Virus record (IMG/VR): IMGVR_UViG_3300045391_000819
Location: 1 to 64,000 of that record
Direction: 5' to 3' (one strand)
Length of the DNA stretch: 64,000 nucleotides
Source of the DNA: a virus
Under the pieces are notes generated by a model. It worked only from the letters and a program-made list of their open reading frames with translations. It was not told the origin of the DNA and did no database searches. Below, piece after piece: positions 47,493 to 57,136 of the stretch (position 1 is the first letter of the stretch; each line of letters begins with the position of its first letter). The position numbers and the translations under genes are program-made.

Positions 47493-49151
47493 ATGCACAA
47501 TGTATTCAGAACTCAATTCTCAGAGTCAATTTTCAATCACAAATATAAACATGAAGGATGCGAAACGTGGGAATTACTCGCAGACACATTAGTAGAAGAC
47601 GTTTGTAATGAACATCTTAGATCATCAGAAAAGCAGCAATTAAAAAAGATTATTGCTGAAATGAAATTTATTCCGGGAGGTAGATATTTATACTACGCCG
47701 GACGTCCATTTAAAGCATTTAATAATTGTTATCTATTAAAAGCTATCGAAGATACAAGAGAAGATTGGGCTAATTTATCTTGGAAATCAGAGAGTTGTCT
47801 CACTACTGGTGGCGGGATAGGGAGCAATTACGATGTATATAGGGCTGAGGGTGAAAGCCTTTCTCGCACTGGTGGATTCGCAAGTGGCCCTATATCCAAG
47901 ATGCGTATAATCAATGAGATAGGCAGAGAGGTAATGCAGGGTGGTTCGAGACGATCTGCTATATATGCAAGCCTTAATCATAAGCATAAAGACATTTTTA
48001 AATTCATTCATGCTAAAGACTGGAAGCATATGCCAGTCATAGGAACTGATTATTCCTATTGGGATTTAAAACAAAAAGATTTTAATTTTCCATGTCCTCT
48101 GGATATGACAAACATATCGGTAAACTATGATACCGAATGGCTAAAGAGATTTAATGAAACAGGAGAGGTTGGAGACGTATTCATAGAAAATGTTAAACAA
48201 GCGTTAAGTACGGCTGAGCCGGGATTCTCCTTTAACTTCTACGATAAAGAGAATGAGATTTTAAGAAACGCTTGTACAGAGGTTTCGAGTGAAGACGATT
48301 CTGACGTCTGCAATCTAGGTTCAATCAACATGTCCAGAATTGAATCTATAAGCGAATTTAAGGAGATTGTGGAGCTTGCTACCAAATTCCTAGTCTGTGG
48401 TACGCTTGTGGCACATCTCCCCTATGAGAAGGTATACGAGATTAGAGAAAAGAATAGACGACTGGGGCTTGGCCTTATGGGGATTCATGAGTGGCTCTTG
48501 AAGCGTAACAGTAGATATGAAGTCACTCCTGAACTCCATAAATGGCTTGATGTTTATGAAAGATACTCAGATTATACCGCTGATTTCTTTTGTGATGAAT
48601 TGGGTATTTCTCGCCCTAAAGCCAAGCGAGCCATTGCTCCTACTGGTACAATCGGAATCCTAGCTGGAACCTCACAAGGGATTGAACCATTATTTGCTGT
48701 GGCATATAAGAGACGTTATCTGAAAGGCAAGCAATCGTGGGTATATCAATATGTTATCGACGGTGTGACCAAAATCATGGTAGATCACTTCGGTATCAAT
48801 CCAGACAATATTGAATCTGCTGTTGATCTTGCTGCTGACTATGAAAGGAGAATTAAGTTCCAAGCGGACATACAGGACTACGTGGATATGTCTATATCCT
48901 CAACTATTAACCTGCCGTCTTGGGGGAGTGATTTAAACAATGAAGGGCTGGTACAACCATTCGCACAAACTTTAGCGAAATATGCTCACAGGCTAAGAGG
49001 ATTCACCTGTTACCCTGATGGGGCAAGAGGAGGCCAGCCAATCACTCCAGTTCCTTATAATGAAGCAATTCTTTATGAAGGACTTGAATTTGAAGAAGAA
49101 TATCACGATATTTGTAGTATAACGAACCGAGGAGGTTCGTGTGGAATTTAA
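47493..49151 (+). CDS. nrdJ: ribonucleotide reductase, class II (B12-dependent)-like, no ATP cone
   Basis: PGGRYL, NCY, NACTEV catalytic motif, CNLGSIN, APTGTI, SSTIN; no beta-subunit gene seen nearby. Confidence 0.8.
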   Translation: MHNVFRTQFSESIFNHKYKHEGCETWELLADTLVEDVCNEHLRSSEKQQLKKIIAEMKFIPGGRYLYYAGRPFKAFNNCYLLKAIEDTREDWANLSWKSESCLTTGGGIGSNYDVYRAEGESLSRTGGFASGPISKMRIINEIGREVMQGGSRRSAIYASLNHKHKDIFKFIHAKDWKHMPVIGTDYSYWDLKQKDFNFPCPLDMTNISVNYDTEWLKRFNETGEVGDVFIENVKQALSTAEPGFSFNFYDKENEILRNACTEVSSEDDSDVCNLGSINMSRIESISEFKEIVELATKFLVCGTLVAHLPYEKVYEIREKNRRLGLGLMGIHEWLLKRNSRYEVTPELHKWLDVYERYSDYTADFFCDELGISRPKAKRAIAPTGTIGILAGTSQGIEPLFAVAYKRRYLKGKQSWVYQYVIDGVTKIMVDHFGINPDNIESAVDLAADYERRIKFQADIQDYVDMSISSTINLPSWGSDLNNEGLVQPFAQTLAKYAHRLRGFTCYPDGARGGQPITPVPYNEAILYEGLEFEEEYHDICSITNRGGSCGI

Positions 49152-49183
49152 TCGTTTGCACGGCGTGTTTTTAACACACCTTT

Positions 49184-49214
49184 AACCCGAATCATTTGTT
49201 GGTTCGGGTTTTTT
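49184..49214 (+). terminator. intrinsic terminator
   Basis: AACCCGAATC/GGTTCGGGTT stem plus U tract. Confidence 0.75.
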
Positions 49215-49230
49215 ATTTTAGTTTTGTCGT

Positions 49231-50214
49231 ATGGATAATGACAAGCTAAAAAAGTTAGATGCTGCCATTAATGATATAAATAAAGAATTTGGCGCAAACT
49301 CTATAGTATCTCTCTCGGACAATCCCCCACCTGTTGAAAGTATAAGTACTGGTTCTTTCGGATTAGACGTAGCTCTAGGAATTGGAGGTTTACCATGTGG
49401 AAGAATCGTAGAAATATATGGGCCACAATCTTCTGGTAAAACAACTCTTGCATTGCATGTAATTGCAGAAGCTCAAAAGAAGGGCGGAATCTGTGCATAT
49501 ATTGATGCAGAACATGCTTTTGATCCATCTTATGCAGAGGCTATTGGTGTAGATATTGTAAAATTAAAATTCGCACAACCAGATTATGGAGAACAGGCTT
49601 TGGAGATTGCTGACCGACTTGTTGAGAGCGGGGCTTTATCTGTCGTTGTTATTGATTCTGTTGCTGCTCTTATCCCAAAGGCGGAGTTAGAAGGGGCAAT
49701 GGGAGAGAGTAAAATGGGTAAGCAAGCTGCTCTTATGAGTCAGGCTCTTAGAAAGATGGTAGCTTCTATTTCAAGAACAGGAGCTATAGTTATATTTATC
49801 AATCAATTACGTGAAAAATTCGTAATGTTTGGTAATCCTGAAACAACAACAGGAGGTAATGCACTTAAGTTCTATTCATCAATAAGACTTGATATTAGGA
49901 CAGCATCATATAACAAAGTAGATGAAGAAGTAGTTTCTAATCATACGAAGGTAAAGGTTGTAAAAAATAAAGTAGCACCACCATTTAGAATAGCTGAATT
50001 TGATATTGTTTACGGTGTTGGAATAGACAAGCTTGAAGAACTTGTAAAGGTCGGTGTTGACCTTGAAATTATTAAAAAAGGCGGAGCGTGGCTAACGTAT
50101 AAAGATACTAAGGTTCAGGGAAAGGACGCATTAAAGCAATTACTTTCTGATAATCAGGAATTTGCAACTGAACTTGAAAACATTATTAAACAAGCTATAA
50201 ATGGAAAAAATTGA
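49231..50214 (+). CDS. recA: RecA recombinase
   Basis: [46 protein letters not shown]. Confidence 0.97.
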   Translation: MDNDKLKKLDAAINDINKEFGANSIVSLSDNPPPVESISTGSFGLDVALGIGGLPCGRIVEIYGPQSSGKTTLALHVIAEAQKKGGICAYIDAEHAFDPSYAEAIGVDIVKLKFAQPDYGEQALEIADRLVESGALSVVVIDSVAALIPKAELEGAMGESKMGKQAALMSQALRKMVASISRTGAIVIFINQLREKFVMFGNPETTTGGNALKFYSSIRLDIRTASYNKVDEEVVSNHTKVKVVKNKVAPPFRIAEFDIVYGVGIDKLEELVKVGVDLEIIKKGGAWLTYKDTKVQGKDALKQLLSDNQEFATELENIIKQAINGKN

Positions 50215-50578
50215 AAAATCAGAATGGTGGGAAGCAGCTAAAGAAATAGGTAAAGAAAACTGGCCTAAACGTTTTATTACCTTTGGGTTATGTAATTGTA
50301 TTATATCTAAAGATAAACAATTTCTTCTTATAGAAAATGTAGAGACTGCTCCTCGTTGTATGTATTACAAAGTGCATATGGATATTATGAGAGAGATTTA
50401 TAAGAGCATACGCTACCTTTATGCGCATGATGTTATGGTAAGAGCTGGCTTTTATGATAAGTCTATGAATACTGAAATCTATGAAAGTCTAGCCAAGAAG
50501 AGTTTTGATTATAATGGTATGCAATTTTATTTTGATGAACTACGTAATTTAATGCAGAAGCTTGAAAATAAAATATAA
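50201..50578 (+). CDS. hypothetical protein
   Basis: 125 aa. Confidence 0.7.
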   Translation: MEKIEKSEWWEAAKEIGKENWPKRFITFGLCNCIISKDKQFLLIENVETAPRCMYYKVHMDIMREIYKSIRYLYAHDVMVRAGFYDKSMNTEIYESLAKKSFDYNGMQFYFDELRNLMQKLENKI

Positions 50579-51035
50579 AGAAGGAATTTGTAATGAGTGT
50601 GGAGAGACAAAGTTAATAGTTCAGAAGTCTTTAGGACTCTGTACTAGATGCAACCAAAGAAGGCTAACAAAACGTTATAATGAGAATAGAAAGAAAAAAC
50701 AAGAACCGGAGTATGAAGCAAAGCTCAATAAGTTCTACAGAGACGTTTGGGATAATAATACTCCTGTATGTTATGAATCTGGTTCTCCATTATTCCGCTA
50801 TCATAAATGGCACGTACACCATATTCTTGATAAACAGCATTATCCGAATCATATTTTTAATCATGATGTCTGTGTACTGCTTTCGCTTGAAAAACATAGT
50901 TTGTGGCACACCTTAGCTCCTTCTGATAGAAAAACACAGATGCCTAAGACTTATCAACGTTATTTAGAATTATTAAAAAAATATGACAGAAACAAATACA
51001 ACGCAGAAATCAACTCAGGAATCGACTCCTACTGA
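50562..51035 (+). CDS. Zn-binding HNH-like nuclease
   Basis: CxxC...CxxC, CYESG, HVHHIL, H..WH. Confidence 0.6.
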   Translation: MKIKYKEGICNECGETKLIVQKSLGLCTRCNQRRLTKRYNENRKKKQEPEYEAKLNKFYRDVWDNNTPVCYESGSPLFRYHKWHVHHILDKQHYPNHIFNHDVCVLLSLEKHSLWHTLAPSDRKTQMPKTYQRYLELLKKYDRNKYNAEINSGIDSY

Positions 51036-51348
51036 TCTTATAAACATGTATGAGCAGTTTGTAAAGGATATGAAGGTGTTTCCAGAGAAACATGCTATCG
51101 TTTATCCTGCTCTTGGCCTTACTGGAGAAGCTGGAGAAGTTGCTGAAAAAGTTAAAAAATGGTTAAGAGGAGATAAAAAATTAGATAGAGAAGCGGTTCT
51201 TAAAGAACTAGGTGATGTTCAATGGTATAATGTAGCACTTGCACTTGATTTAGGTTATACCTTTGAAGATATATTAGTTTATAATATGGCGAAACTTCGT
51301 TCACGTCAAGAACGTGGAGTGCAAAAAGGAGATGGTGATGAAAGATAA
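50983..51348 (+). CDS. MazG-like nucleotide pyrophosphohydrolase
   Basis: LGLTGEAGEVAEKVKK, ELGDV.WY, N.AKL.SR..RG...G.GD.R. Confidence 0.9.
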   Translation: MTETNTTQKSTQESTPTDLINMYEQFVKDMKVFPEKHAIVYPALGLTGEAGEVAEKVKKWLRGDKKLDREAVLKELGDVQWYNVALALDLGYTFEDILVYNMAKLRSRQERGVQKGDGDER

Positions 51349-51781
51349 TCCAAGAATGCCAAAGAAAATAGCTGATCTTCTTAAAGAAGAAAAGACATCT
51401 AAATCATTAGAACCAATTAAAATCAATTCACTCCATGCTGCAATAGGAAATTTCTTCTCTAAAAAGTTAGAAGAGAGTGAAGAAGATAAAGAGGAATATA
51501 TAGAAAGATTTACCAGCGATCCTAGAAGTGATGAAGAAGTTGAAGAACTTACTACTAATCCAAATAGTCCTTATCATAAACTGATTAAGGGTTATATATA
51601 TCATATTGATGTAGCTATGTGGATAACAACAGGGTGTGGAGGAGCACAGTTTATGTATAAGTCTATGCTTAGAGAAGGAATGGATGAATCTATGATTGAA
51701 CAAGTTATATACGTAACCCTTAACGAAGAGGATAAAGAAAGTTATCCTTTAGCAGCTTTAAAATTAAAGAATGAAGAATAA
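51314..51781 (+). CDS. hypothetical protein
   Basis: 155 aa. Confidence 0.65.
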   Translation: MECKKEMVMKDNPRMPKKIADLLKEEKTSKSLEPIKINSLHAAIGNFFSKKLEESEEDKEEYIERFTSDPRSDEEVEELTTNPNSPYHKLIKGYIYHIDVAMWITTGCGGAQFMYKSMLREGMDESMIEQVIYVTLNEEDKESYPLAALKLKNEE

Positions 51782-52469
51782 GGTAGAACTTATAGGATGG
51801 TACGGTGGAGATGTAGCTATAGCTTGCTCCGCTTGGTCTTCCACTTCACGAGAATTGACAGATGAGAAAAGAGGTAGAATAGGGAAAATGCTTAACGATC
51901 TTTGGAAAGCTGAGCCTGTTCCTCATGGTTCTCCCTTTGAGAAAGGCATAGTTCATTTTCTTGTAGATACTGATATAGCTTCTCATATTCATTTGTTAAA
52001 GCATCGTATAAGCTCTTTAAATGCAGAATCAGCTAGGTATAAAGAACTTAAAGAAGATAAGTATTACTTGCCTGAAGATTGGAAAAACATTCCTAATTCA
52101 GAAACAGTTTCGGCCTTTTGTGGATATGATTATGAATGGATAAAACCAAAAGAATCAAATTGGGCATCCATACTAGAAAAATATGTTGAAATAGGTAATG
52201 AGTTATATCATCAATCTCTTAGAGAATTAACTCCTATTCTTGGACGTAAAAGAGCTAAAGAGTCTGCCCGTTTTTTTAAAACCTATAACAGTCAGATTCA
52301 AGCAGATGTAATGTTTAATATGAGAAGTTTTAATAATTTCTTAACTCAAAGATTAGATAGCCATGCTCAAGTTGAAATTAGAGAGATTGCTCAAAACATG
52401 CTTATCGAAGTTGCGAATATTGATGGACATCCTTTTCAACATACGTTAAAAGCTTGGGGATATGGCTAA
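51771..52469 (+). CDS. thyX: flavin-dependent thymidylate synthase
   Basis: H.SPFE, HLLKHRISSLNAESARY, KESAR, HAQ.EIR. Confidence 0.9.
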   Translation: MKNKVELIGWYGGDVAIACSAWSSTSRELTDEKRGRIGKMLNDLWKAEPVPHGSPFEKGIVHFLVDTDIASHIHLLKHRISSLNAESARYKELKEDKYYLPEDWKNIPNSETVSAFCGYDYEWIKPKESNWASILEKYVEIGNELYHQSLRELTPILGRKRAKESARFFKTYNSQIQADVMFNMRSFNNFLTQRLDSHAQVEIREIAQNMLIEVANIDGHPFQHTLKAWGYG

Positions 52470-53007
52470 AACAATTAAATCCGAATATGATCTTTTTGAG
52501 CATCAGCCCACTTCCTGCCGACAACCATTACCCTATAAGGAAATCGAGGCTGATGCTTACATTAAACGTTTAGTAGGATTTGACCCTAATGAAGTTTATG
52601 AAAAGGTGAGATATGCAGTTAATCCGTATAACCGTTATAATTGGCAGAATATAACATTCGCTACTCTGTTCCCTAAACGTACAGATGGTCTATGTCCTTG
52701 TGGATGCGGACAACCTGTAAAAGTAGGACAGCTTTGGGCATCTAAAGATTGTCAGATGTTTGTTATAGCTGTCTGGAATATAATAGGTTATAGAGAACAA
52801 TTTATAAGCTTTGTGTACGAGAAGTATTTTGGCAACGACAAGTGTATGATCTGCCACGAACACAAATGGAAGGATTGTGACCATATAGTGCCTATAGATA
52901 AAGGTGGTGGTGGAGCATGGTTATCAAACTATCAGATGTTATGTGAAGAATGCCACAAGGAAAAGACAAGACAAGATTTTAACTGGACTAAACTTAAATC
53001 AAAATAA
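52462..53007 (+). CDS. HNH endonuclease
   Basis: CMIC...DHIVPIDKGGG....NYQMLCEECH..KT. Confidence 0.85.
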   Translation: MAKTIKSEYDLFEHQPTSCRQPLPYKEIEADAYIKRLVGFDPNEVYEKVRYAVNPYNRYNWQNITFATLFPKRTDGLCPCGCGQPVKVGQLWASKDCQMFVIAVWNIIGYREQFISFVYEKYFGNDKCMICHEHKWKDCDHIVPIDKGGGGAWLSNYQMLCEECHKEKTRQDFNWTKLKSK

Positions 53008-53008
53008 T

Positions 53009-53389
53009 ATGAATTTTACACCTTTAGGAAATAGATTGCTGACAGAACGTGTTGACCTTGAACAGATTTCAGCAGGAGGACTTATATTAGGAACTCTTGA
53101 TGAAGATATGCAGAATGATACTTGCTTTGCCAAAGTTATCGAAGTTGGTAATGGAAAATACTATCCTGACACAGGATGGATTGCTCCTACCTCAAAACCC
53201 GGCGATATAGTCGTTTACAAGGTCAACGCTGGCCTCAAATTTAAACATGGTCAATATCTGTATGAATTAATTGACGAGTCTAATGTGCTTATGATTGTGT
53301 CTGGTAGCGATGTAATTCCAGTAGCCGTAGGTACGTATGAGAAGTCCAAATCTGATATTTTGGGTAAAGGAGTCCAATTTTTAGGATAA
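53009..53389 (+). CDS. groES: GroES-like co-chaperonin
   Basis: FTPLGNRLL, SAGGLIL, VIEVGNG, KPGDIV, ESNVL. Confidence 0.85.
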   Translation: MNFTPLGNRLLTERVDLEQISAGGLILGTLDEDMQNDTCFAKVIEVGNGKYYPDTGWIAPTSKPGDIVVYKVNAGLKFKHGQYLYELIDESNVLMIVSGSDVIPVAVGTYEKSKSDILGKGVQFLG

Positions 53390-53614
53390 TGAAAATAAGT
53401 AAGAGTTTTAAAGAAGATTTGATTATTGTTCTAATAATGATAGGATGTTTTGTAGGAGGAGCATTTCTTGCATCCTTATTTTATAAGTGGTTTTTCTCAT
53501 GAAAAAGTTCTTTTTAGACAGATGGATTGAAGAAGGCCAATACTGGAAATTCGCCATCGCAATATTTATAATGTTGATACTCATTGAAGTAGGAGGCTCT
53601 ATATTACAAAAATT

Positions 53615-54619
53615 ATGGATATTATTCCATTTATAAGAAGTAAGAATGCTTGTGATTATCACAGACTTATTCTTCCGCTAGAGAACTTAGGTATACCAAC
53701 AAGATTGAAACCGGGAACTCTACCAGACGGATTTAAGGATTGTAAAGTGTTGATATTTAATAGATATTGTCCTTTTGACATAGGGCAAATTCTTAAGTTT
53801 AAATTCAAACACGGCTTTACAATCATCTGTGATCTTGATGACTATTGGAAACTATATCCCGGTCATGTGGCGGAGAAAGTGTGGGATAAGTATAACACTA
53901 CCCAAAAGATGATGGAGGGCATATTAAATTCTGATATGGTCTGGACTACGACCAAGCGACTGGCAGACCAAGTCCTACCATATAACAAGAATGTAGAAGT
54001 TATTCCTAACGCACTGCCCTTTGATGAAGGGCAATTTAATTCGTATAAAGAGGAGTCTGATGTGGTTAGAGTTCTGTATGCTGGTGGTACGTCCCACATG
54101 AGGGATTTATTGAGTATCAAGTATTTATTTGAAAAAATATCTCATCTTGATTTTCAAATGGTTTTATGTGGGTACGATGAGAATCGCCCTGAATTTTGGG
54201 ATAAAATGGTGAGGATAATAACAGGCAATGGAAAGATTAAGAATCTTGTTAAGAAAGGATTTCTGCCACTAGAGAGTTACATAGATCATTATAATCATTG
54301 TGATATAGGGATTGCTCCTCTTGAATTTAACTTCTTTAATGGTCATAAGAGTAATCTTAAACTACTTGAAGTAGGCTGTAAGTATTCTCCAATTGTAACA
54401 TCCGATGTTCCGCCATATAGTGATGAGAAAGAGCCAATGTTGATGGCAAAGTCGGTCGCAGAGTGGTACATACTTTTATACAGGCTTATAACTGATAAAG
54501 TATACAGACAGGAGCAAGGTCAGCGATTAGGAGAATATGTCAGGGAAAATTATAATTTGAATAAAGTAAATAATATTAGGAAACAAATATTTAATCATTT
54601 AGGATGCGCAGATTTGTAA
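53615..54619 (+). CDS. GT-B (GT4-like) glycosyltransferase
   Basis: DLDDYW, VIPNA, DIGIAPL..N.FN..KSNLKLLE. Confidence 0.85.
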   Translation: MDIIPFIRSKNACDYHRLILPLENLGIPTRLKPGTLPDGFKDCKVLIFNRYCPFDIGQILKFKFKHGFTIICDLDDYWKLYPGHVAEKVWDKYNTTQKMMEGILNSDMVWTTTKRLADQVLPYNKNVEVIPNALPFDEGQFNSYKEESDVVRVLYAGGTSHMRDLLSIKYLFEKISHLDFQMVLCGYDENRPEFWDKMVRIITGNGKIKNLVKKGFLPLESYIDHYNHCDIGIAPLEFNFFNGHKSNLKLLEVGCKYSPIVTSDVPPYSDEKEPMLMAKSVAEWYILLYRLITDKVYRQEQGQRLGEYVRENYNLNKVNNIRKQIFNHLGCADL

Positions 54620-55374
54620 TTGGAGATATACACGGAAATTATAAGGCACTTAAACAGGTACTAGAGAAGTGTGGAATTGATAAGGAGAATGATCTACTTA
54701 TTACTCTTGGTGATATTACAGATGGATTTTATCAGGTATATGAATGTGTCGAAGAATTGCTCACGTTTAAAAATAGAATTGACATACGTGGAAATCACGA
54801 TGATTGGTTTATAACATGGTTAAATACAGGAGTACATCCTGATGGGTGGCAACAAGGTGGATATGCTACAGCTATAAGCTATGCAGGTCATGTTGATTAC
54901 AGAAAAGTTGAAGCTGGAAGAGACGGATTAGGCTTTAAAACAAATCTAACCTATCTGGATATTCCAGAAACTCATAGAGATTTCTTTCATGGACAACACC
55001 TATTCTATAAAGATGATGACAATAATGTGTTTGTTCATGGTGGATTCTATAGATTTAAACCATTAAAAGGTCAAGGAAAAAGTGTATATCTTTGGGATAG
55101 AGATTTAACTGAAGATGCTCTTCATTGTCGTAAAGGAGAAGAGTTTAAGTATGTAGAAGAGGTTAATGAAGTATTTATAGGGCATACTCCTTGTCCTTAT
55201 TTTAAAAAGGAATGGGATACTGATCCTATACATGCACAAAATGTTTGGAACCTAGATACAGGTGGGGGAGGACGTCGTGGAAGGCTGACAATCATGCAGC
55301 TAGATAATCATGAATTCTGGCAGAGTGACGTTGGAGGAGAGTTATATCCTGACGGAGGTGGTAGGAATTTCTAA
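54604..55374 (+). CDS. Ser/Thr phosphatase-family metallophosphoesterase
   Basis: GDIHG, LGD..D, RGNHD, FVHGG, IGHT, LDTG. Confidence 0.9.
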   Translation: MRRFVIGDIHGNYKALKQVLEKCGIDKENDLLITLGDITDGFYQVYECVEELLTFKNRIDIRGNHDDWFITWLNTGVHPDGWQQGGYATAISYAGHVDYRKVEAGRDGLGFKTNLTYLDIPETHRDFFHGQHLFYKDDDNNVFVHGGFYRFKPLKGQGKSVYLWDRDLTEDALHCRKGEEFKYVEEVNEVFIGHTPCPYFKKEWDTDPIHAQNVWNLDTGGGGRRGRLTIMQLDNHEFWQSDVGGELYPDGGGRNF

Positions 55375-55424
55375 ATGGTACGGTATTTGACCTACAATAG
55401 GAAACCATACTAAATCAACATAAT

Positions 55425-55457
55425 AAAAGGGCTAAGATTTATTTCTTGCCCTTTTTT
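55425..55457. terminator. bidirectional terminator at a convergent junction
   Basis: AAAAGGGC...GCCCTTTTT. Confidence 0.7.
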
Positions 55458-55663
55458 ATTTCTACTACTTTAGCCGCAGGTTCTTCTGAAGATTCCGTTA
55501 TAGAAGCTGCTTGTTTTGCAGCAGATTCCTGCTTCAATCTTAAACTGATCTCTTGATTTACAGCGTCTAGCATATTTGAATACTGCTGTATAATAGTCTG
55601 TAAATCCCAAGCAAATGCTTTACAGGCTTCAAGAGTCATTGTCTTTAAATTAACTTGATTCAT
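55439..55663 (-). CDS. small coiled-coil protein
   Basis: 74 aa. Confidence 0.65.
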   Translation of the reverse strand: MNQVNLKTMTLEACKAFAWDLQTIIQQYSNMLDAVNQEISLRLKQESAAKQAASITESSEEPAAKVVEIKKGKK

Positions 55664-56109
55664 ATGTTATCTATTATTTGTTGAGGTAATACAAAAGCAT
55701 CTTGTTCATAATTGCATGAGTCCCAAAGACCAAACTGATCCGGCCTCAAGTACTTAACATCCTTCAATAAGTTCTTATTCTGTTTATATCCAAATATTTT
55801 AGGGTCTGATTTGGAGAATATAACTATTCCGCTTTTCAGATTATAATGATTGCAGAAATGAGGAAAGAAATTATCTACAGATATAAAGGTATCCATATCA
55901 CTAGCAAAGTCTTTAAGCTTTGAAAGCGGCATATCAAACGACGTCTTTTCAGCGAGCTTCTCCTCACCACTCCTACCTATCTGCCAAACCTCATGACCTT
56001 TATTAGCTAATAAGCTTATAACCTCCTGCCAGTACTGGACTGGATAGTTCTTTGGGTTTGGTTTCCCCGACATGGTTTTGTTGCTGAAAGGTGAAATTAT
56101 AATTTTCAT
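55660..56109 (-). CDS. GT9 (heptosyltransferase-like) C-terminal half
   Basis: PKNYP..YW..VI.LL, QIG...E, FISVDN...H, GIVIF..SDP..FGY. Confidence 0.75.
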   Translation of the reverse strand: MKIIISPFSNKTMSGKPNPKNYPVQYWQEVISLLANKGHEVWQIGRSGEEKLAEKTSFDMPLSKLKDFASDMDTFISVDNFFPHFCNHYNLKSGIVIFSKSDPKIFGYKQNKNLLKDVKYLRPDQFGLWDSCNYEQDAFVLPQQIIDNI

Positions 56110-57136
56110 TATCTGTTATATAAAAAGCTCTAAAAGCTTCGGTTAACGATTTATCCCAGTTTCTATCTCCCATAAATTTATAGATATTGTAATTCTCTAT
56201 ATTTCCATAGATCATTTTAGCCTCTGCAATAGAGATCAATTTAAGACCTTTTTCGTCCCAAAAGACTTCTGGAAAGCAGGCAGCTATTAACATATCCTTA
56301 TACTTTTTCCTTAACTCAGGAAGTATATTCTTAAAAGCATAGTGATCTCCAATACCGTTATCAAGGATGAACATCTTTGTGGTATTGACTATATCCCATT
56401 GATTTAAAAGGTTTTGGAAGTGTTTCTCATCCCATTCCCAAAACGAAGGATTAGGATTAGCCCTAATTCCGCCTTTCTCTTCCCTGAAATGCCAGACCTT
56501 AGCATCCATATTGACCATCAGATTATATCCAGCCCTCTTAATTGAGTGCGTAAAGATACTTTCCTCCCTGTGGGCTGCTGGTGATAAGGATAGGTCGTAA
56601 GACATAATCCCTCGCTTGTATAGAAAGCAAGAGTACAGATGGTCAGCATCATAAGTCCCTGTCCCTTTAAACCATTGCATGTTAGGGGCAGACATAATAC
56701 TGGTCATTCTGTTCCTTAAACCTAGAGGAAGTTCAGCAGGATTGGACATTGTCACGGCAGGAGCCACAGCACCTATCTTAGAATCCTTTTTAAAGGTCTC
56801 TACGAGCAATCTAAGACAGTTTGGAGCTGCAACCTCGTCATCATCTATCCTAAAAATAAGGTCTGTATTAGCGTTCTCTTGCACGTACTGATGAGAAAAA
56901 TGCTGACCCTTTTTAAGACCGAATCTATAGTCCCAATCTATACCCTTCTCCAGAAGGAGGTCAAGGATATACCTATAATGAGATATACCCCTGACGTCTA
57001 CTGGATTATCTGAATCATCTACTATTATTACTTTCTTAGGTTTATACGTTTGTAAAGCAATGGATAGCAGAGTTTTATCTAAACACTCGTACCTATTCTT
57101 GGTGGGAATCCCCACCGTTATATCATATTGACTCAT
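56003..57136 (-). CDS. GT2 glycosyltransferase fused to a GT9-like N-terminal segment
   Basis: IPTKNR, IIVDDS, RIDDD, HREE; C-part GIGDH....ILPELRKKY. Confidence 0.8.
   Translation of the reverse strand: MSQYDITVGIPTKNRYECLDKTLLSIALQTYKPKKVIIVDDSDNPVDVRGISHYRYILDLLLEKGIDWDYRFGLKKGQHFSHQYVQENANTDLIFRIDDDEVAAPNCLRLLVETFKKDSKIGAVAPAVTMSNPAELPLGLRNRMTSIMSAPNMQWFKGTGTYDADHLYSCFLYKRGIMSYDLSLSPAAHREESIFTHSIKRAGYNLMVNMDAKVWHFREEKGGIRANPNPSFWEWDEKHFQNLLNQWDIVNTTKMFILDNGIGDHYAFKNILPELRKKYKDMLIAACFPEVFWDEKGLKLISIAEAKMIYGNIENYNIYKFMGDRNWDKSLTEAFRAFYITDNENYNFTFQQQNHVGETKPKELSSPVLAGGYKLIS

Noticed and set aside
4047-55457. Recurring AAGGG...CCCTT stems as a special signal
   Set aside because: Explained adequately by ordinary A-tract/GC-stem/U-tract intrinsic terminators
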